Counted from the first letter of the stretch, positions 26,318 through 39,407 are shown. The stretch is 64,000 nt of DNA from Geosiphon pyriformis uo1 (GCA_016748015.1 JAAOMT010000275.1:248001-312000); one strand, 5' to 3'. Translations and numbers: made by a program. The notes: a model not told the origin generated them from the letters alone.

Positions 26318-28200
26318 TGGGGCACAGAAAATGACAGAGAACTTGAACTAAAACATAAAAAATCTAACCTAGCCAACACCAAACCAATAGAAGCTTCCAA
26401 TGAAGCCAACTTAATTTCTAGACCACCAACTTTGCTGATGAGAATCTTAGAGCTGCTTGAACTAAGATTATGCACACCATCAACCACAAAAGAAAGACGA
26501 GAAGCACTCGACACTGAAGTGCCATCCAAAATCATATCCAAATCCAGCATTGAATTCTTAAATGCAGCAGCAGCAATAGGGGAACCAAGAGAGGATGGCA
26601 CCAAAGGCACCAGTTCAACAAAGCTCAACCTCTTTACTATACCAGAAACTTGGTCAGCCAATAGCCCAAAAGAGCATTTTAAAGATGCCAAACGTTTATC
26701 CAAGGAAGAATTGTCAACAGATGATAGAGAAGCAGCACCACCTAAACCAAAAACACCAAAAGGAAAAAAACCAAAGCCAAGACCAGAATCAAAAAGTGGG
26801 TGGCCAGAAGATAACATATTAGAGACAACTTGAGCACAGAACTTGTCACCAAAGGCAGCTGGACAAGAGATAGGAACATTTTTTTTAGCATATAACTTAG
26901 CCAGTCGAAAACGAATTGAACCAGAGACAGGTCTTTTAAGAAAAACAGAAGGCTTAGGAGTAGATACATCTGAGACATTGCACTCAAGAGCCGAATGACC
27001 AAAATGCCCACACTTCTCATACCTAACCAAATCCAACCTAGCCCATAAGAGTTGCACACCACCAAAAATAAGTTCAGTATAAAAGGCAGAATCCAAATCC
27101 CCCTCGGATTCAAAGCCAACCACAGCACAATAAACTCTATTGCCAGTTTCAAAAGACCAATTGATGATGCAAGTTTTCCCGCCAGCCCCATCCAAAAGAG
27201 TACCAAAATCATGCGCAGTTGTTCCCACCGGCAAAGTAAACAACAGCACCTTGAAGTAATCTTTAGATGCCCAAGTATTGTGATCTTCCATGGCTTTGGC
27301 CACATGCACTGAATCTTTTCTGATTAAGAATGACCACTTTGAGGCCAACAGATCAGCTTAACCTGATTCAGCAAACTCCACCACAGCCTTCTGCCACATG
27401 CCAATCAACTGAATTTTGATAAACTTAATCTCTTCAAAAGTGGATACTGCAGCAACAATCATCTCCTTTGGTGTATCCATAGGAATTTCTTTGATGATTA
27501 CGGCCTGATCTGAGCACACTCTTTGTTTTTTGAAATTGGTGTTTGTAATAATCCCATTTTCCCTGGCCAATAATACAGCCTTTTCCATGCTCTCTTCAAA
27601 AGTGAAAGTAGATCGGATGATCCCTTCAAATTTTGAGGGAGTTATGGTCCCCCCAAAACCATTAACTGAAGAAAAAAATTTTCTAATTAGCCGGGTCTTT
27701 GCCATTGCTAAATTACCTTTCACAGCTGAAAGATTAATATCCAATGCAAATGATTTCTTGATTGATACTTCCACAAGAGTCTTAACAATTTTAGGATCAA
27801 TCCACTTTTTCTCCAGAAAGATAGACAAGCGAAGAGAAAGCACAATTTTATCATCATTCATAGTGAAATTAGGAGAGCCAAGTGGAGAGCCGAACATTGT
27901 ATCAGTATTAACACAATTTGCTTTGGAAGTAGTGGCAGCTGAGCCCAGCAGGGATCTCTCATTTACACCAGTTAAGCCCATATCCTCATTATCACCAGAC
28001 ATACTATTCACATCAGAATATACACTACCACCCGGCTCAGATTTACTTAAAGAGATATTCTTTTCATTACCAGAGTGTTTAACATTCCCAAGAACTGCTT
28101 TTTTTTTCTGAGCAAAAGAACCACCAGCAGGACCATGGAAAGCATCTTTGGGCACCTTCTTTTTGGACATATCACTGCTCGAAGCAGTTTTCAAATTCAT
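26314..28200 (-). pseudogene. LINE2 ORF1 (RRM-like region, CCHC knuckle, coiled coil)
   Basis: Two track ORFs joined across one CAA>TAA stop at 27358. (C>Y)EKCGHFGHSALEC knuckle. Confidence 0.88.
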
Positions 28201-28321
28201 GACAAAAAGATTATTTAAAAAAATATTGAAAGATTTGATAAGAAAAAACAGAAAACTTTTTTTTCAGAAATGTGTTTTTCTTAAAGATTTTTGGAAGTAA
28301 GAAAGAAAGAAGTTTTTTTTT

Positions 28322-29648
28322 ATTTTTTATTTTATTGTTTTTTAGTTTCAATTTTTTATAATAGAATCTTATTTTTAATTTTTAATTTATTAATAATAAA
28401 TAGCAAATAGCAATTTATTGTTATTTTTTTTTTGTTAAACTTAAAAATATTTAATATAAGTAACTATAATTTGTTAATTTTTTTTCAACATATTAAAAAA
28501 AAATAAGCTCTTTGTTAAAGCATTTTTTAAAAGTTTTTCTCTGTAATTAGTTGAATCAAATAAATTTTTACCAAAAAATTAATTAGTAATATTGCTATTT
28601 TTTTTATAAATTAAGTTAAATAGTATATGTTTTATTGTATTTTGTTTTAATATTCTATATATTAATATATTAATAGAATAAAAGTATTTTATTTTTGCTG
28701 AAATTAGTTAAAATTTTGGTTAATAATTTATAAAATGTTCTGTTAAAATATTTTATAAATTTATTTAAAAATAATAAAATAAAAGTAATAATTTTTTAAT
28801 ATTAAATTATTTACAAAATTTTTGTATTAATTGTTTAGAAAATGTGTTTTTTAATTAGATAAAAGTTTAATTATGCCTTTATGTTTGTAAATAATGTTTT
28901 TGTAAATAAAATTTATTATTGTTTTTGTATTTGTTTTTTAAATAATTTTTGTTTTTAGTTATTTTATAAGATAATCTACAATAATTACAATAAATTGGTT
29001 TTTTTAAATTATAATAAGTAATAATTCGACTAAATTTAATATTTATTCTGTAAAAAGTTGTTTAATTTTGATTAAATTTAAAGATTTAATAAGATAAATC
29101 TTTTTTTTTTAACAATTATTATAAAATTTAACATATTATTTAATGTTTTTTTGTATATAAGATTAAAAATAATATTTTTTTGTTTTTTGAATTTTGTTGT
29201 TTTTTTAAAAATATGCTAAAAACAGATTTAAATGTATATTATATAAAGTTGTTTTTTTTTTAATTTTTAAATTAATTTAAATAAGTTTGAATTTTTGTAA
29301 TTTTATTAATAAATAATAATAATAATATATATAAAATATTGTTTTAATTAGTATTGTAAACAATGTTTTTTACTTAAAAACTAGTCTTTTAATATTATAA
29401 GTACTTTTAAATAAATTTTAGAACTGTTATAATTTTTATAATTTATTTTTTTGTTAATTTGTTAGATTATTAAATTAGTTAATATTTTTATATTAATTTT
29501 GTCTTATCTTTAAAAAATTATCAATATTTATGTATAATTTTCTTGGTATAATATATAATATATGTGTAGTTAACTAAAAAACTAGTTTATTGTAATTGTT
29601 TTATATTAAACTCTGTATTTTTTTTGTTATACTATTTAAATTTAATAT
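28322..29648 (-). mobile_element. Gypsy relic F part 2 (integrase core to RNase H end), hypermutated
   Basis: Colinear with C 31696-33031, including the RH stop (29493-29495) and the spacer. Confidence 0.85.
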
Positions 29649-30631
29649 TGTTACCAGAGGTTTTTTGGTCTCTTTTCTTGAATGTTGTTGACGTTGATTT
29701 GCTGTGAATTCACGTTTTTAGGAAGTAGTTGAACCTTCAGTAACTGAATTTATCTTCAAATTATTTCCTATAATTTGAACTGCTGGGCTTATAAGTAGAA
29801 TGGCCAATTCCATGCCAGTTGCTTTGTGTAGTTATGTTGTAGTAAATGTCAACTCTTTCTCAGGAATTGCTCGTTTAGAAGCTCACTAAAATATATAGTT
29901 ATTTTGCTGTGAAAGTCAACTCTTCTACAGGAATCTTGTCTGTAGGCTACCCTAATGATTGTAATAAGAAAATAAAAAAAAGAAAATAAAAGAAATGTAA
30001 AAGGAATAGAATTCTGCCAAGAGAAACGTTTTCTATCCAGGCTTGGAGTCACTAACAGTTTATTGAAATTGGTAGCTAATCAATTTCAAAACTGTTTAGT
30101 AGGAATTGGTTAATTTCAAAAGAAAAATAATTAAGGATTTGATTTTTTGAATTATTTGATATTTATTTCATTTTTGTATGTAAAAGATAATTCTAATTGT
30201 TAAATCTGAAATAAGATACATTTTCTCGAAGAAAGAAGCTCTTCTTTTATACAACTTGTCATAATACTATTCTATAAACTTGAACTTTGCTTTTTTCTAT
30301 AATTTCGCTGAACTAAAGATACATTTTGGTAAACTACAAGTTATTTCTGTGAACTATTAGATATTTCAGTAAACTATTAATTATTTCAGCAAATTTCTAC
30401 AAATTTTGGCAAACTTTTAAATGTTACATATTTCGGGGTATTGCATGATTGATCATTGCAATTAGGTTACATCTGTGTTATGTACAAATTGGGTTATTAA
30501 TTAAATGATAATTTTGGATATTTTGCTAATGTAATAAGTAATAATTTGAAATGATAATATATGCTAATTAATGATAGGAATTATAAAAATAATTTCATGC
30601 TAAATAATATCTCTAATTCCGTCTGGTAATA
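29649..30631 (-). repeat. C 3' LTR (983 bp)
   Basis: TGTTACC...GGTAATA. Related to but distinct from 46162-47134 and 54739-55708. Imperfect ~22-bp repeats at ~30300-30420. Confidence 0.92.
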
Positions 30632-31319
30632 TAACCTCTTCCTCAAGACTGAGCTCCATCAAAATTCAAGTACTGTCTGTAATTTCCAGATAATAATCCA
30701 AAATTATTGAAGAAATTTGGTCTGAAAATTGTTGAAATTTCAGTTCTGTGAGCTTTCCAATGTATTGAATCCTCAAAGGCTGTAAAATTAAGTTTTGTAG
30801 AACATTTTCACAAGTGTAGAATAAGTCATAAAGTCTAAGAGCAGTTCTTAGTTTATAATAACTGTTTGTAGATCCAGCTGTTGTCTTGAATTCATTGTGG
30901 AGTTGTTTCTGAATAGCTTTTTTTGTGAGGTTTGCTGCTGTAAGCTCCTGTTTTTGTTCGTGAAGTGTTTTTCCAATGTAGAAATATTTATATATTGGAG
31001 TATAGTCATAGTTTTTTTCATTAAGATACAGTTAAAGTTTTTGTTGAATAGTAGCATTTGGTGGAATACTAATAGGAGTGAATATTAAGTTTTCTCTTAA
31101 AGCAAGCTTTAAAAGTTCTGGCAGGTGAATTCCAGAATAACTTCTTGTGTTTTTCTTATACAGGTAATATTTTCATGCATTTGGGGCTAAATTTGTAACT
31201 ACTTCTGTTTGGATATAATTAATGTGATTTCCAGTAACAGTAATGAATAATTCGGGTATTGTTTTTAAAGCTAACATTAGTTTTTGGGATAATTGTTGAA
31301 TGTTTTGAGGAATAGTCAT
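30600..31319 (-). pseudogene. C ORF3
   Basis: MTIPQNIQQLSQKLML...YFYIG...RTALRLYDLF. Reads through the PPT into the LTR. Confidence 0.75.
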
Positions 31320-31441
31320 TATAAGAGATTTGAAAATAAAGGAAAATTATTTTTGGTGTATGAGTTTTTATGTTATTTTTGTTTTGTTTTTGTGAGATTG
31401 TTTTTAAATTATAAGGAGATAACTATAATAATAAATTTAAA

Positions 31442-32827
31442 TTAAGTGTTCAAGTTGGGAGGTTGTTCAATAACAACTATTGGTTTTAAATTTCGGGGAA
31501 TATCTTCAGAATTGATTAAAGAGAAATGTGTACCAATTTGTAGAATTAATGGTTCAGGATTGTTTTTGGAATTATAGTGTTTCAAATGATCTCCATGTGC
31601 AACTTTTGCTAAGATTTTGTTATCAAGTCTTAGCTTGTATGATCCGTTGTCTAGGACTTCATGGATAAAGAATGGTCCATCCCATTTATTTTCAAATTTT
31701 CCACTCCATTGTTTTTCAGCTTTAGTTTTGTGTAAGAGAACTTTGTTTCTGATTTTAAATTTATTGGTAACTGGAGGCAATTTGTTATCATGCCATTCTT
31801 TTTGTTGAGCTTGGAAGTATTTAATATGGGTGGCTGCTATTCGTCGTTTTTCTTCCAACGTACTAAGCAGAGTGTAGGCTCTTCGTTGTAGTGTTTCCTG
31901 AAAGTTGTCTTTATTAATTGGTTGTACTGGGTATGTTTCCATTGTGAAACTAATTGGTAATGTTGCTGTCCTTCCATAGGTTAAATCAAATGGTATGTGT
32001 TTTGTGGTATCTTGTTTTAGTGTTCTATATGCTAGTAACACTGATGGAATAAAGAGATCTTATTCTTGCTCAAAATTGGTTGAAACTTTGGCTAATAATT
32101 TACACAATGTTCTGTTGAAACATTCTACAAGTCCATTTGTTTGTGGATGATAGGGTGAAGATAATGGTCTTTTGACATTAAATCATCCACAAATTTTCTG
32201 GATTAAATTGTTCACAAAATGTGTTCCTTAATCAGATAAAAGTTCTATTGGGCATCTATGTCTACAAATGATGTCTTCATAAATGAAATTTGCTACTGAT
32301 TTCGCATCTGCTTGTTGAATAGCTCTGGCTTCAGGCCATTTGGTAAGATAGTTTACAGCTACTGCAATATAACGGTTTTCTTGGTTTGTGATAGAGAGTG
32401 GTCTGACTAAATTGATACCAACTCGGTCAAAAGGCTGTCCAACTTTGATTGGATTTAAAGATTTTGTAGGGCGAGTTCCTTCTCTTCTTTGACAACTATC
32501 ACAAGACTTAACATATTCATGAATGTCTTTTTTCATTTGAGGCCAAAAATAATATTCTAGTGTTTTCTGGATGGTACTGTTTTTTCCTAGGTGTGCTAAT
32601 AAAGAGTCTGAGTGCATGTTATATAAAATGGTTTCTTTTTTATGTTCTTGTATTAATCTGAGTGGATTGTCTGAGTTTCTGAAGTTTTGATAATAAATCA
32701 TGTTGTTGTGTAAAAAGTATTGTTTGGCTTGTTGTTGTAACCAATGTTTTTTATCTGAGGACTAATCTGTTGGGATTGTTAATGTCTCTAAATATTGTTT
32801 AAGATTGTTGTAGTTTTTGGGGTTCAT
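31442..32827 (-). pseudogene. C integrase (separate ORF)
   Basis: HSD..AHLG, YFWP, CDSCQR, YLTKWPEA, YHPQTNGLVE, WDGPF. ATG at 32827. Confidence 0.93.
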
Positions 32828-32873
32828 TGTTCATTGTTTTGTTGTTAATTCAAATGGGTGTTGTTTTTATGTT

Positions 32874-34301
32874 CTAATCTTGTCTCATTCTTGAGAGACA
32901 ATTAACATTGGTGTGGAGTTTTCCTGGTTTGTGATATACAATGTATTGGTAGTTGGCTAAAAATTCTGTCCATCAGATTTGTTTGGCATTCAGCTGAGTG
33001 TTTTTGTTTTGAAGCCATTTGAGTCTAATATTATCAGTAATAATATTAAATTCTTTGGGTCTGAGGTAAAAGTTGAAGTGATGTAGGGCCCAGATTACTG
33101 CTGCAGTTTCTAATTCTGTTGCAGAGTAGTTCTTTTCAGCTGGTTTCAATGTTCTGCTAGCATAAGCAATTACTTGTTCATTTCTATTGTTATCTAACTG
33201 TAATAAGATGACACCAAAGGCAGTATAAGAGGCATCTGTTGCTAATTGGAATCAGTTGCTGAAATTTGGGTAGGCAAGAATTGGAGCTGTAGTTAGTTTT
33301 TCTTTGAGGATTTCAAATACATTTTGGTGTTCAGCAGTTCATTTGTATTTGACATTTTTGGTGGTAAGCTGGTTGAGAGGTTTTGCGATTTCTGAGAATC
33401 CTTTGATAAACTTCCAATAGTAGGAGGCTAACCTTATGAATCCTCTTAGTTCTGTAGTGTTTTAAGGAGTTTTGAAGTTTTTGACAGTGCTGATTTTTCC
33501 CAGGTCCAGTTTGATTCCATCTTTACTAACAATGTGACCAAGAAAGGCCAAACTCGTTTTTCCAAAGTAGCATTTTTCAATGTTCAGTTTCAATTCTGCT
33601 TTCCATAATCATTGAAAGACTTTTCGCAGATGTTTTAAGTGTAATTCAAAAGATGGTGAGTAAACATTAGTATTATCGAGATAGACAACTACTGATTTCC
33701 AAAGGAAACTTTTGTAAACAACATCCATGAGTCTTTGGAATGTTGCTGGTGCATTGCATAATCTGAAAGGCATTAGGTTGAACTCGTAATTTCTTCCTTA
33801 AGTGATGAATGCTGTTTTGGGGCAATCTTTGGGATTCATGGCAACTTGCCAGTATTCACTCTCTAAATCTAATGTCGAAAAGTATTTGGACTTCCCAAGA
33901 GCATCTAGCATGTCATCAATTTGGGGAAAAGGGTAGGCATCTCCAATAGTGATACTGTTAAGTTGTCGATAATCAACACAAAATTGTATCTTTCCATTTT
34001 TCTTTTTAACTAAGACCACAGGTGAGACCCATGGACTCATTAATGATTGAATAAGTCTATTGTTGAGCATCCATTGTACTTCTTCATGGATAAATTGGTG
34101 ACTTTCTGGAGCAACTCAGTAGGCTTGTTGTTGCCTTGATTTGGCATCTTCTGTGTAGATTTGATGTTGAATCAAATTGGTTCTTCCTAAGTCATTGTTG
34201 TTTTTGGCAAAAATATCGGCAAATTCTGCAATTAGCTCTTTGAGCTGGTTTTGTTGTTGTGGTTCAAGTTGTCCTATGTTGATTGGAGATAGTTTTTCCA
34301 T
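32874..34301 (-). pseudogene. C RT-RNase H
   Basis: FCVDYRQLN, YWQV, VYLDNT, TDAS, EKNYSATELE, LSRMRQD* (stop 32874-32876). Confidence 0.93.
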
Positions 34302-34411
34302 GACAACATAGTAGTTTTTAGAGCTGGGATTTGGGTTGATTTTTGGTAGTGAATGTCCAATAATTTCTGAAAAATTGGAAACTATTTGGGGTAGTTCTTG
34401 TTAAAAGATAT

Positions 34412-35066
34412 TGTTACGGTTGAAACTCATAATTTTTATTAGTTATTACATGTATTAGTCACTAATGTCATATAATTAGCCACTCTATTTTTAGATAGTG
34501 ATCATTGACCTGATCATTGACCTAGTTGTTGACTTGGTTATTGACCACTTTTAATAGTTATATAAGCAATGAGTTTCTTAACTGTAGAAAATCATCTCTT
34601 AGACAAGAATCAAATAAATAAAAATAACAACTTTCATCTCAATCACTCTTTTATCGCTAATTTCTCTTTCCCTATCTTCAAGTATCCGAACATTTTAGGA
34701 TAAAAAATTACTTGTTGGCCTTTTCCTGACATATATAATTGTAGCATTTGAAGATTATTTGAATAAACGTGACTGAAAAGCACAAGTTGATATCTGATAT
34801 TGAATTCTAAGAGTGCCGACGTGAGGCATAAAATTATATTAGTGGTGATCAATTGTTGACAGTACAGACTATTTCTCTACCTTCAGATTCCCTTGTTACC
34901 TTTTGAAAAGAATAGCAACTGAGATATTTTATGAGACTGATCTCGCACATTGAATCCATACTCATTCAATTCACTTATTGAAGTTAAATCCCCTTTGATT
35001 ATTTCCATTACCCTACAATCCTGTTCTCCCTTGCTATCCATTAGCTTGTTACTTTAACCCGTAACA
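34412..35066 (+). repeat. D 5' LTR (655 bp; four 12-bp units)
   Basis: TGTTAC...GTAACA. Direct repeat of 41374-42004. Confidence 0.95.
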
Positions 35067-35118
35067 TAAAAGTAGTGCTCCCTGTGAGGTTGTCAAAATT
35101 CACTTATTCCCTCATTGT

Positions 35119-36675
35119 ATGGGTGATTATTCATATCTGCCATAGCAATCAGAAGAACACTTTGCAGCACACAACAGAAACGACTTAGATTTCATTGAAC
35201 TTAATCCTCTGCCCTTCTGCTTGATCTGCTTCCCCCTTGAAGAACAATCCAGTAGACAATTCCAAGATTTTTGGAACTGGTTCCTGAACAAGCATTCAGC
35301 TGAAACCTACACAGCTTATACAACCTATTACTTTGACCAAGCTTATTTTGAAAACAACTTTGAAGAAAGAAACAACAGTATCAATCAGCTCTTATATTCT
35401 GCAACCTTTGAACAACAGCCCCCTGATTTCGAATATCTGAATCATCAAATCCACATTTAGATTGCTGTCCATTAAGCAACTAAAACTCTCTTTGAAACAG
35501 AAAAAAAAAGCTACCAAACTGCCTCTGTTTTTGATCTTTTATCAAGCGAATCAGACTTGTCTACACAAACAGTTACTCCTGAACCAATGGCTAATGACCC
35601 CATGTAAGCAAACATTTTGGCCGCCCTCCAAGGTATACAAACTACTTTAGGAAGAAGAAACAATACCCCATTACCACTATTTAAAGGTAATACACAAGAT
35701 CTAATTGAATGGTTGGATGATTTTGAGAGAGCTGCCACAGCCAACCAGTATAATGAAGAATACAAGTTCCAAATCATTAGTGGCTACCTCCAAGACTCTC
35801 CTGCTATCTGGTTCTCATAAGAAACAGATGCCAATGTTCAACACAGAATAATCAGATGGACACCAATCAATGCTAGAGAAGAAAATACTTCTTTTACTAC
35901 CCGATTTGAGGCCAAGTTCAGAACCCCAATATTAATATCCAAATGGCACATGGAATTAGAAAAAAGAACCCAAGGCCCTGGAGAAGTAGTGACTGAATAT
36001 GCCAAAGCTATTAGAAAGCTAATCAAACATGTAGACTCTGAGAGAAACTGGACAGAAGAACAAAAGATTCATTTCTTCACAAAAAAATTGAGAACTGATT
36101 TATCTTATGCTCTTTGGCCTCTTTTGGCCCTAAAAGACAACCCTACAATCGACATGGCCATTGAACTTGCCCAACGAATTAAAGACAACCAAAGAATACA
36201 TTTGGGATCTACACTTCCAGTTTTTGCTTCTGCTCCTGTCATGGCTCCTGCCCCTCAAATGGCTGCTGCTTCTTTTGCTGCCCAAACTCAAGATCCAAAT
36301 GAACAATTAATTGATAGACTCACAGCCAATTTTGTCTGGTTATTAGAACCTTTGGCACAAGCAGTCAGAGATAACCAGCAACCACCAAGACCTAGATACG
36401 AATCTCGTTTTAACCAGCCTCAGCAATCTCCCTATCAAAGACAGCAAAATCATGGCCCACTTGTGTGCTATTATTGTGAATTAACTGGACATTATTTAAG
36501 AGATTGTAACAATCCTCCACTGCCTCTTCTAGCTCCCAGAAACAATGACAACCAAAACAACAAACCCAATAACAACAACAATGTCTCCAATCAAAGACCC
36601 AATTATGCCAACATCAATTTCTTTGGAGAGGATCCCCTAGTTGAAGCTACTGTTTATTAGTCTTTAAACTGGTAG
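35119..36675 (+). pseudogene. D gag
   Basis: PLFKG...EWLDDFER, QGPGEVVTEY, CYYCELTGHYLRDC knuckle. Point stops. Confidence 0.9.
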
Positions 36676-39346
36676 GTGCACCTCCAAAGGGTGAAAGTGC
36701 AAGCCAACCAGAAGAAAACCTCTTTTACACTTTTAACTTAACTAATGATGATCATGACATGGATGAACTAGCAATCAACACCTTAGAACCAACCAGAAAG
36801 AAGAAAAAAACCAAGGTTGATTTCGTTCTAGACCCCAACAAAGCCTCAACTTCTGCCACTGATAACAATGAGCCACTAAAGACTAAAGTTTTTAAGAATC
36901 TCCCAAAGTTGGAACCTCCAGAAATTGTACAAAAATCTGGACCCTATTCCGTTGTCAAAGATTTTATGGAAACCCCAGCACATATTACCTTTGGCCAGTT
37001 AATGACTCACCCACAGTTCAGAAAAAATCTTCGCAAATTCTTGATCTCAAAGAAGAAGACACCAAAAACCAATAAGCACCCTCGCCAAGCTGGACTTGCT
37101 AACAACAGCAATGTCACCCCTCTGATTTGTAAAACCCAAGTGGCTGAATACTTCATTGACTTAATTCTGAACAGTGGATCATCTGTTAGTGTTATTGCCA
37201 AACACTTTTTGGAAGCAATTGGTAGAAAGATTAATGAACTTTCTACCAAACCAATGACCAACGTATATGGTAACAAAAAGAAAAGACTGGGTATTGCCAA
37301 AGCTGTTTCTGTCCGCATTAATGGAATCAGCATTGAAATTGACATGAAAGTTTCTGAAGCCAAGGAATACATTATCATTGTTGGCAATGAATGGCTCAAG
37401 AAAGCAAAAGCTTTGCTTGATTATAAACTTTGTGAATTAACCATTAGATGTGGTGAGAAACCCATTGTGGTTAAGTGTCACCATTGAACAACTCCTCCAG
37501 TACCCAAACAAAACTAAGAAGAAGAACAATCAGATGAATCAGATGATGAAGAGAGTGATGAAGAAGAAAAACAAGAAGAAACTGCTGAACTCACCTATAC
37601 CACCTTTACCAACAATGGCAAACTACTGAACAATGTTAAAGCAGACAAAGAAGAAATTATTGTAAATGGCAAGCTAATCTGCTGGTCTTATTATAATATT
37701 CTTAGAAGAACCTTTGAAAGAAAACCTGGCAAGAAAGCCAAATACAGTTTTTGGTGGCATGGTCCTTGTGCCCAGTGTTAGTGTAACAAACCCTTGTATT
37801 CTCTAAGCGATGAATGCAAATCATGCCTGATCTATTACAGAGATTGGGAACTAATCAGTTTGATACCCAGAGAAGAATTAAAAAAAGTACAGAAGTTCTT
37901 TGAGAATGAACCATCTAAGATCCAATCACTGGTTGTAGAACAAAAAAAACCCTCCCCAGAAGAAAGAAAAATAGACATTGAAAATTTGCTGGCTAGAAAT
38001 AGCCCAGTTATCTCTAAAGAAGGTGATACCCCTGGATGTATCCATGTAATACAACACATTATCACCACCAGAGAAACTTGACCCATCCATTTGAAGCCTT
38101 ATCAATCTAATTGGCACAATAATGAATTTATCAAGAAAGAGATAAACCGGATGAAAGAACTTGGATTTATACAAGAAACTAAGAGTGAATGGGCTTTCCC
38201 AGTTGTAGTAGTATCCAAGAAAGGTGGAACACTATGCTTCTGTGTCAACTATCACCAATTAAATGCCATTATTGAAAGAAATATGTACCCACTTTTCAAG
38301 ATTGATGCAATGTTAGACCAATTCAAAGATGCTGCTTTCTTCTCAACTATTGACTTAACTGCTGAATTCTGGCAAGTAGAGATGGATCCAGAAAGCAGAA
38401 AAAAAACTGTCTTTATCACTAAGTATGACATCTATGAATTCACAGTCATGCCTTTTGGTCTCACCAATACCCCTCCTATCTTTCAATGCTTAATGGATAA
38501 AGTATTTAAATCAGTCAAAGAAAACTTTGTTCTAGTCTATTTGGATGACATAATAGTATACTCAAAAACCTGGGATGAACACCTGGAACATTTGCAAAAG
38601 GTTTTTGACCTCTTCAGAAATGCTGGCCTCAAGATCAACCCAATCAAATCTTTCTTTAGAAGACAATCCACCCAGTTCCTTGGTCATCTTATTACAAAAG
38701 ATGAAATATTTCCTGATTCAGCCAAAGTTGAAAAAGTCCAAAACATCAAACAACCAATAAACATTCATGAACTATGCTCTTTTCTTGGTTTGGCCTCTTA
38801 TTATTGCAAATTTGTCAAGGATTTCTCCAAAATCGCCTCTCCTCTCAATTAGCTACTCAAAAAAAATGTCAATTACCATTGGAGAACACATCAGCAAAAA
38901 ACCTTTGAAACTTTAAAGGAAAAACTGGTTACAGAACCCATTCTCAAGCAACCTGATCTAGATCAACTTTTTATTTTCTATACTAATGCATCTGGCTTTG
39001 GACTTGGTGCTGTTCTCTCCCAGAAAGATGAAGATGGCAAAGAACATGCTATGGTCTATGCCAGTAGAACCCTTTCTCCAGCAGAACAGAACTATTCAGT
39101 CACTGAACAAGAATACTTAGCAGTAGTATGGTTTACTGGTTACTGGAGCAAATATCTTCTTGATGTGAAGTTTTTGGTGGTAACAGATCACCAAGCTTTG
39201 GTTTGGCTGTGCAACAAAAGAGGCTAGAACACAAACGGATAACTTGCTGGATACTCCACTTAGATGAATTCAACTATGATATTTAACATCGCAAAGGAGC
39301 TAATCATCAAAACATTAACGCTCTCTTCAGACTTATCATCCAGTGA
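36663..39346 (+). pseudogene. D pol (PR-RT-RH) in the -1 frame; no dUTPase
   Basis: LILNSGSS, IIVGNEWL, MPFGLTN, VYLDDII, EQNYSVTE, TDHQAL, stop 39344-39346. Confidence 0.92.
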
Positions 39347-39407
39347 CAGAACAACCCTCTCAAACCAAACCAACTTAATTATTAGTAATTCTCCCTTTTT
39401 GACAAAC

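Larger units (their letters stand above)
21485..28321 (-). mobile_element. LINE2, full-length APE-RT-RNaseH non-LTR retrotransposon inserted in the F integrase
   Basis: Poly(A) 21484-21499, ~10-bp TSD ATTTTTTA(C/T)T (21475-21484, 28322-28331), two ORFs. Confidence 0.95.

Noticed and set aside
26231-28111. Long plus-strand ORFs (200 and 193 aa)
   Set aside because: Antisense shadows of LINE2 ORF1, with no independent motifs.
31442-31560. Chromodomain at the integrase C-terminus
   Set aside because: Tail after the GPF module is short and lacks chromodomain aromatic motifs.
36652-36689. 38-nt GT...AG segment whose removal fuses D gag and pol (mini-intron)
   Set aside because: Very short with a poor donor (GTTTAT). 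The phased UUUAAAC frameshift explains the junction better.
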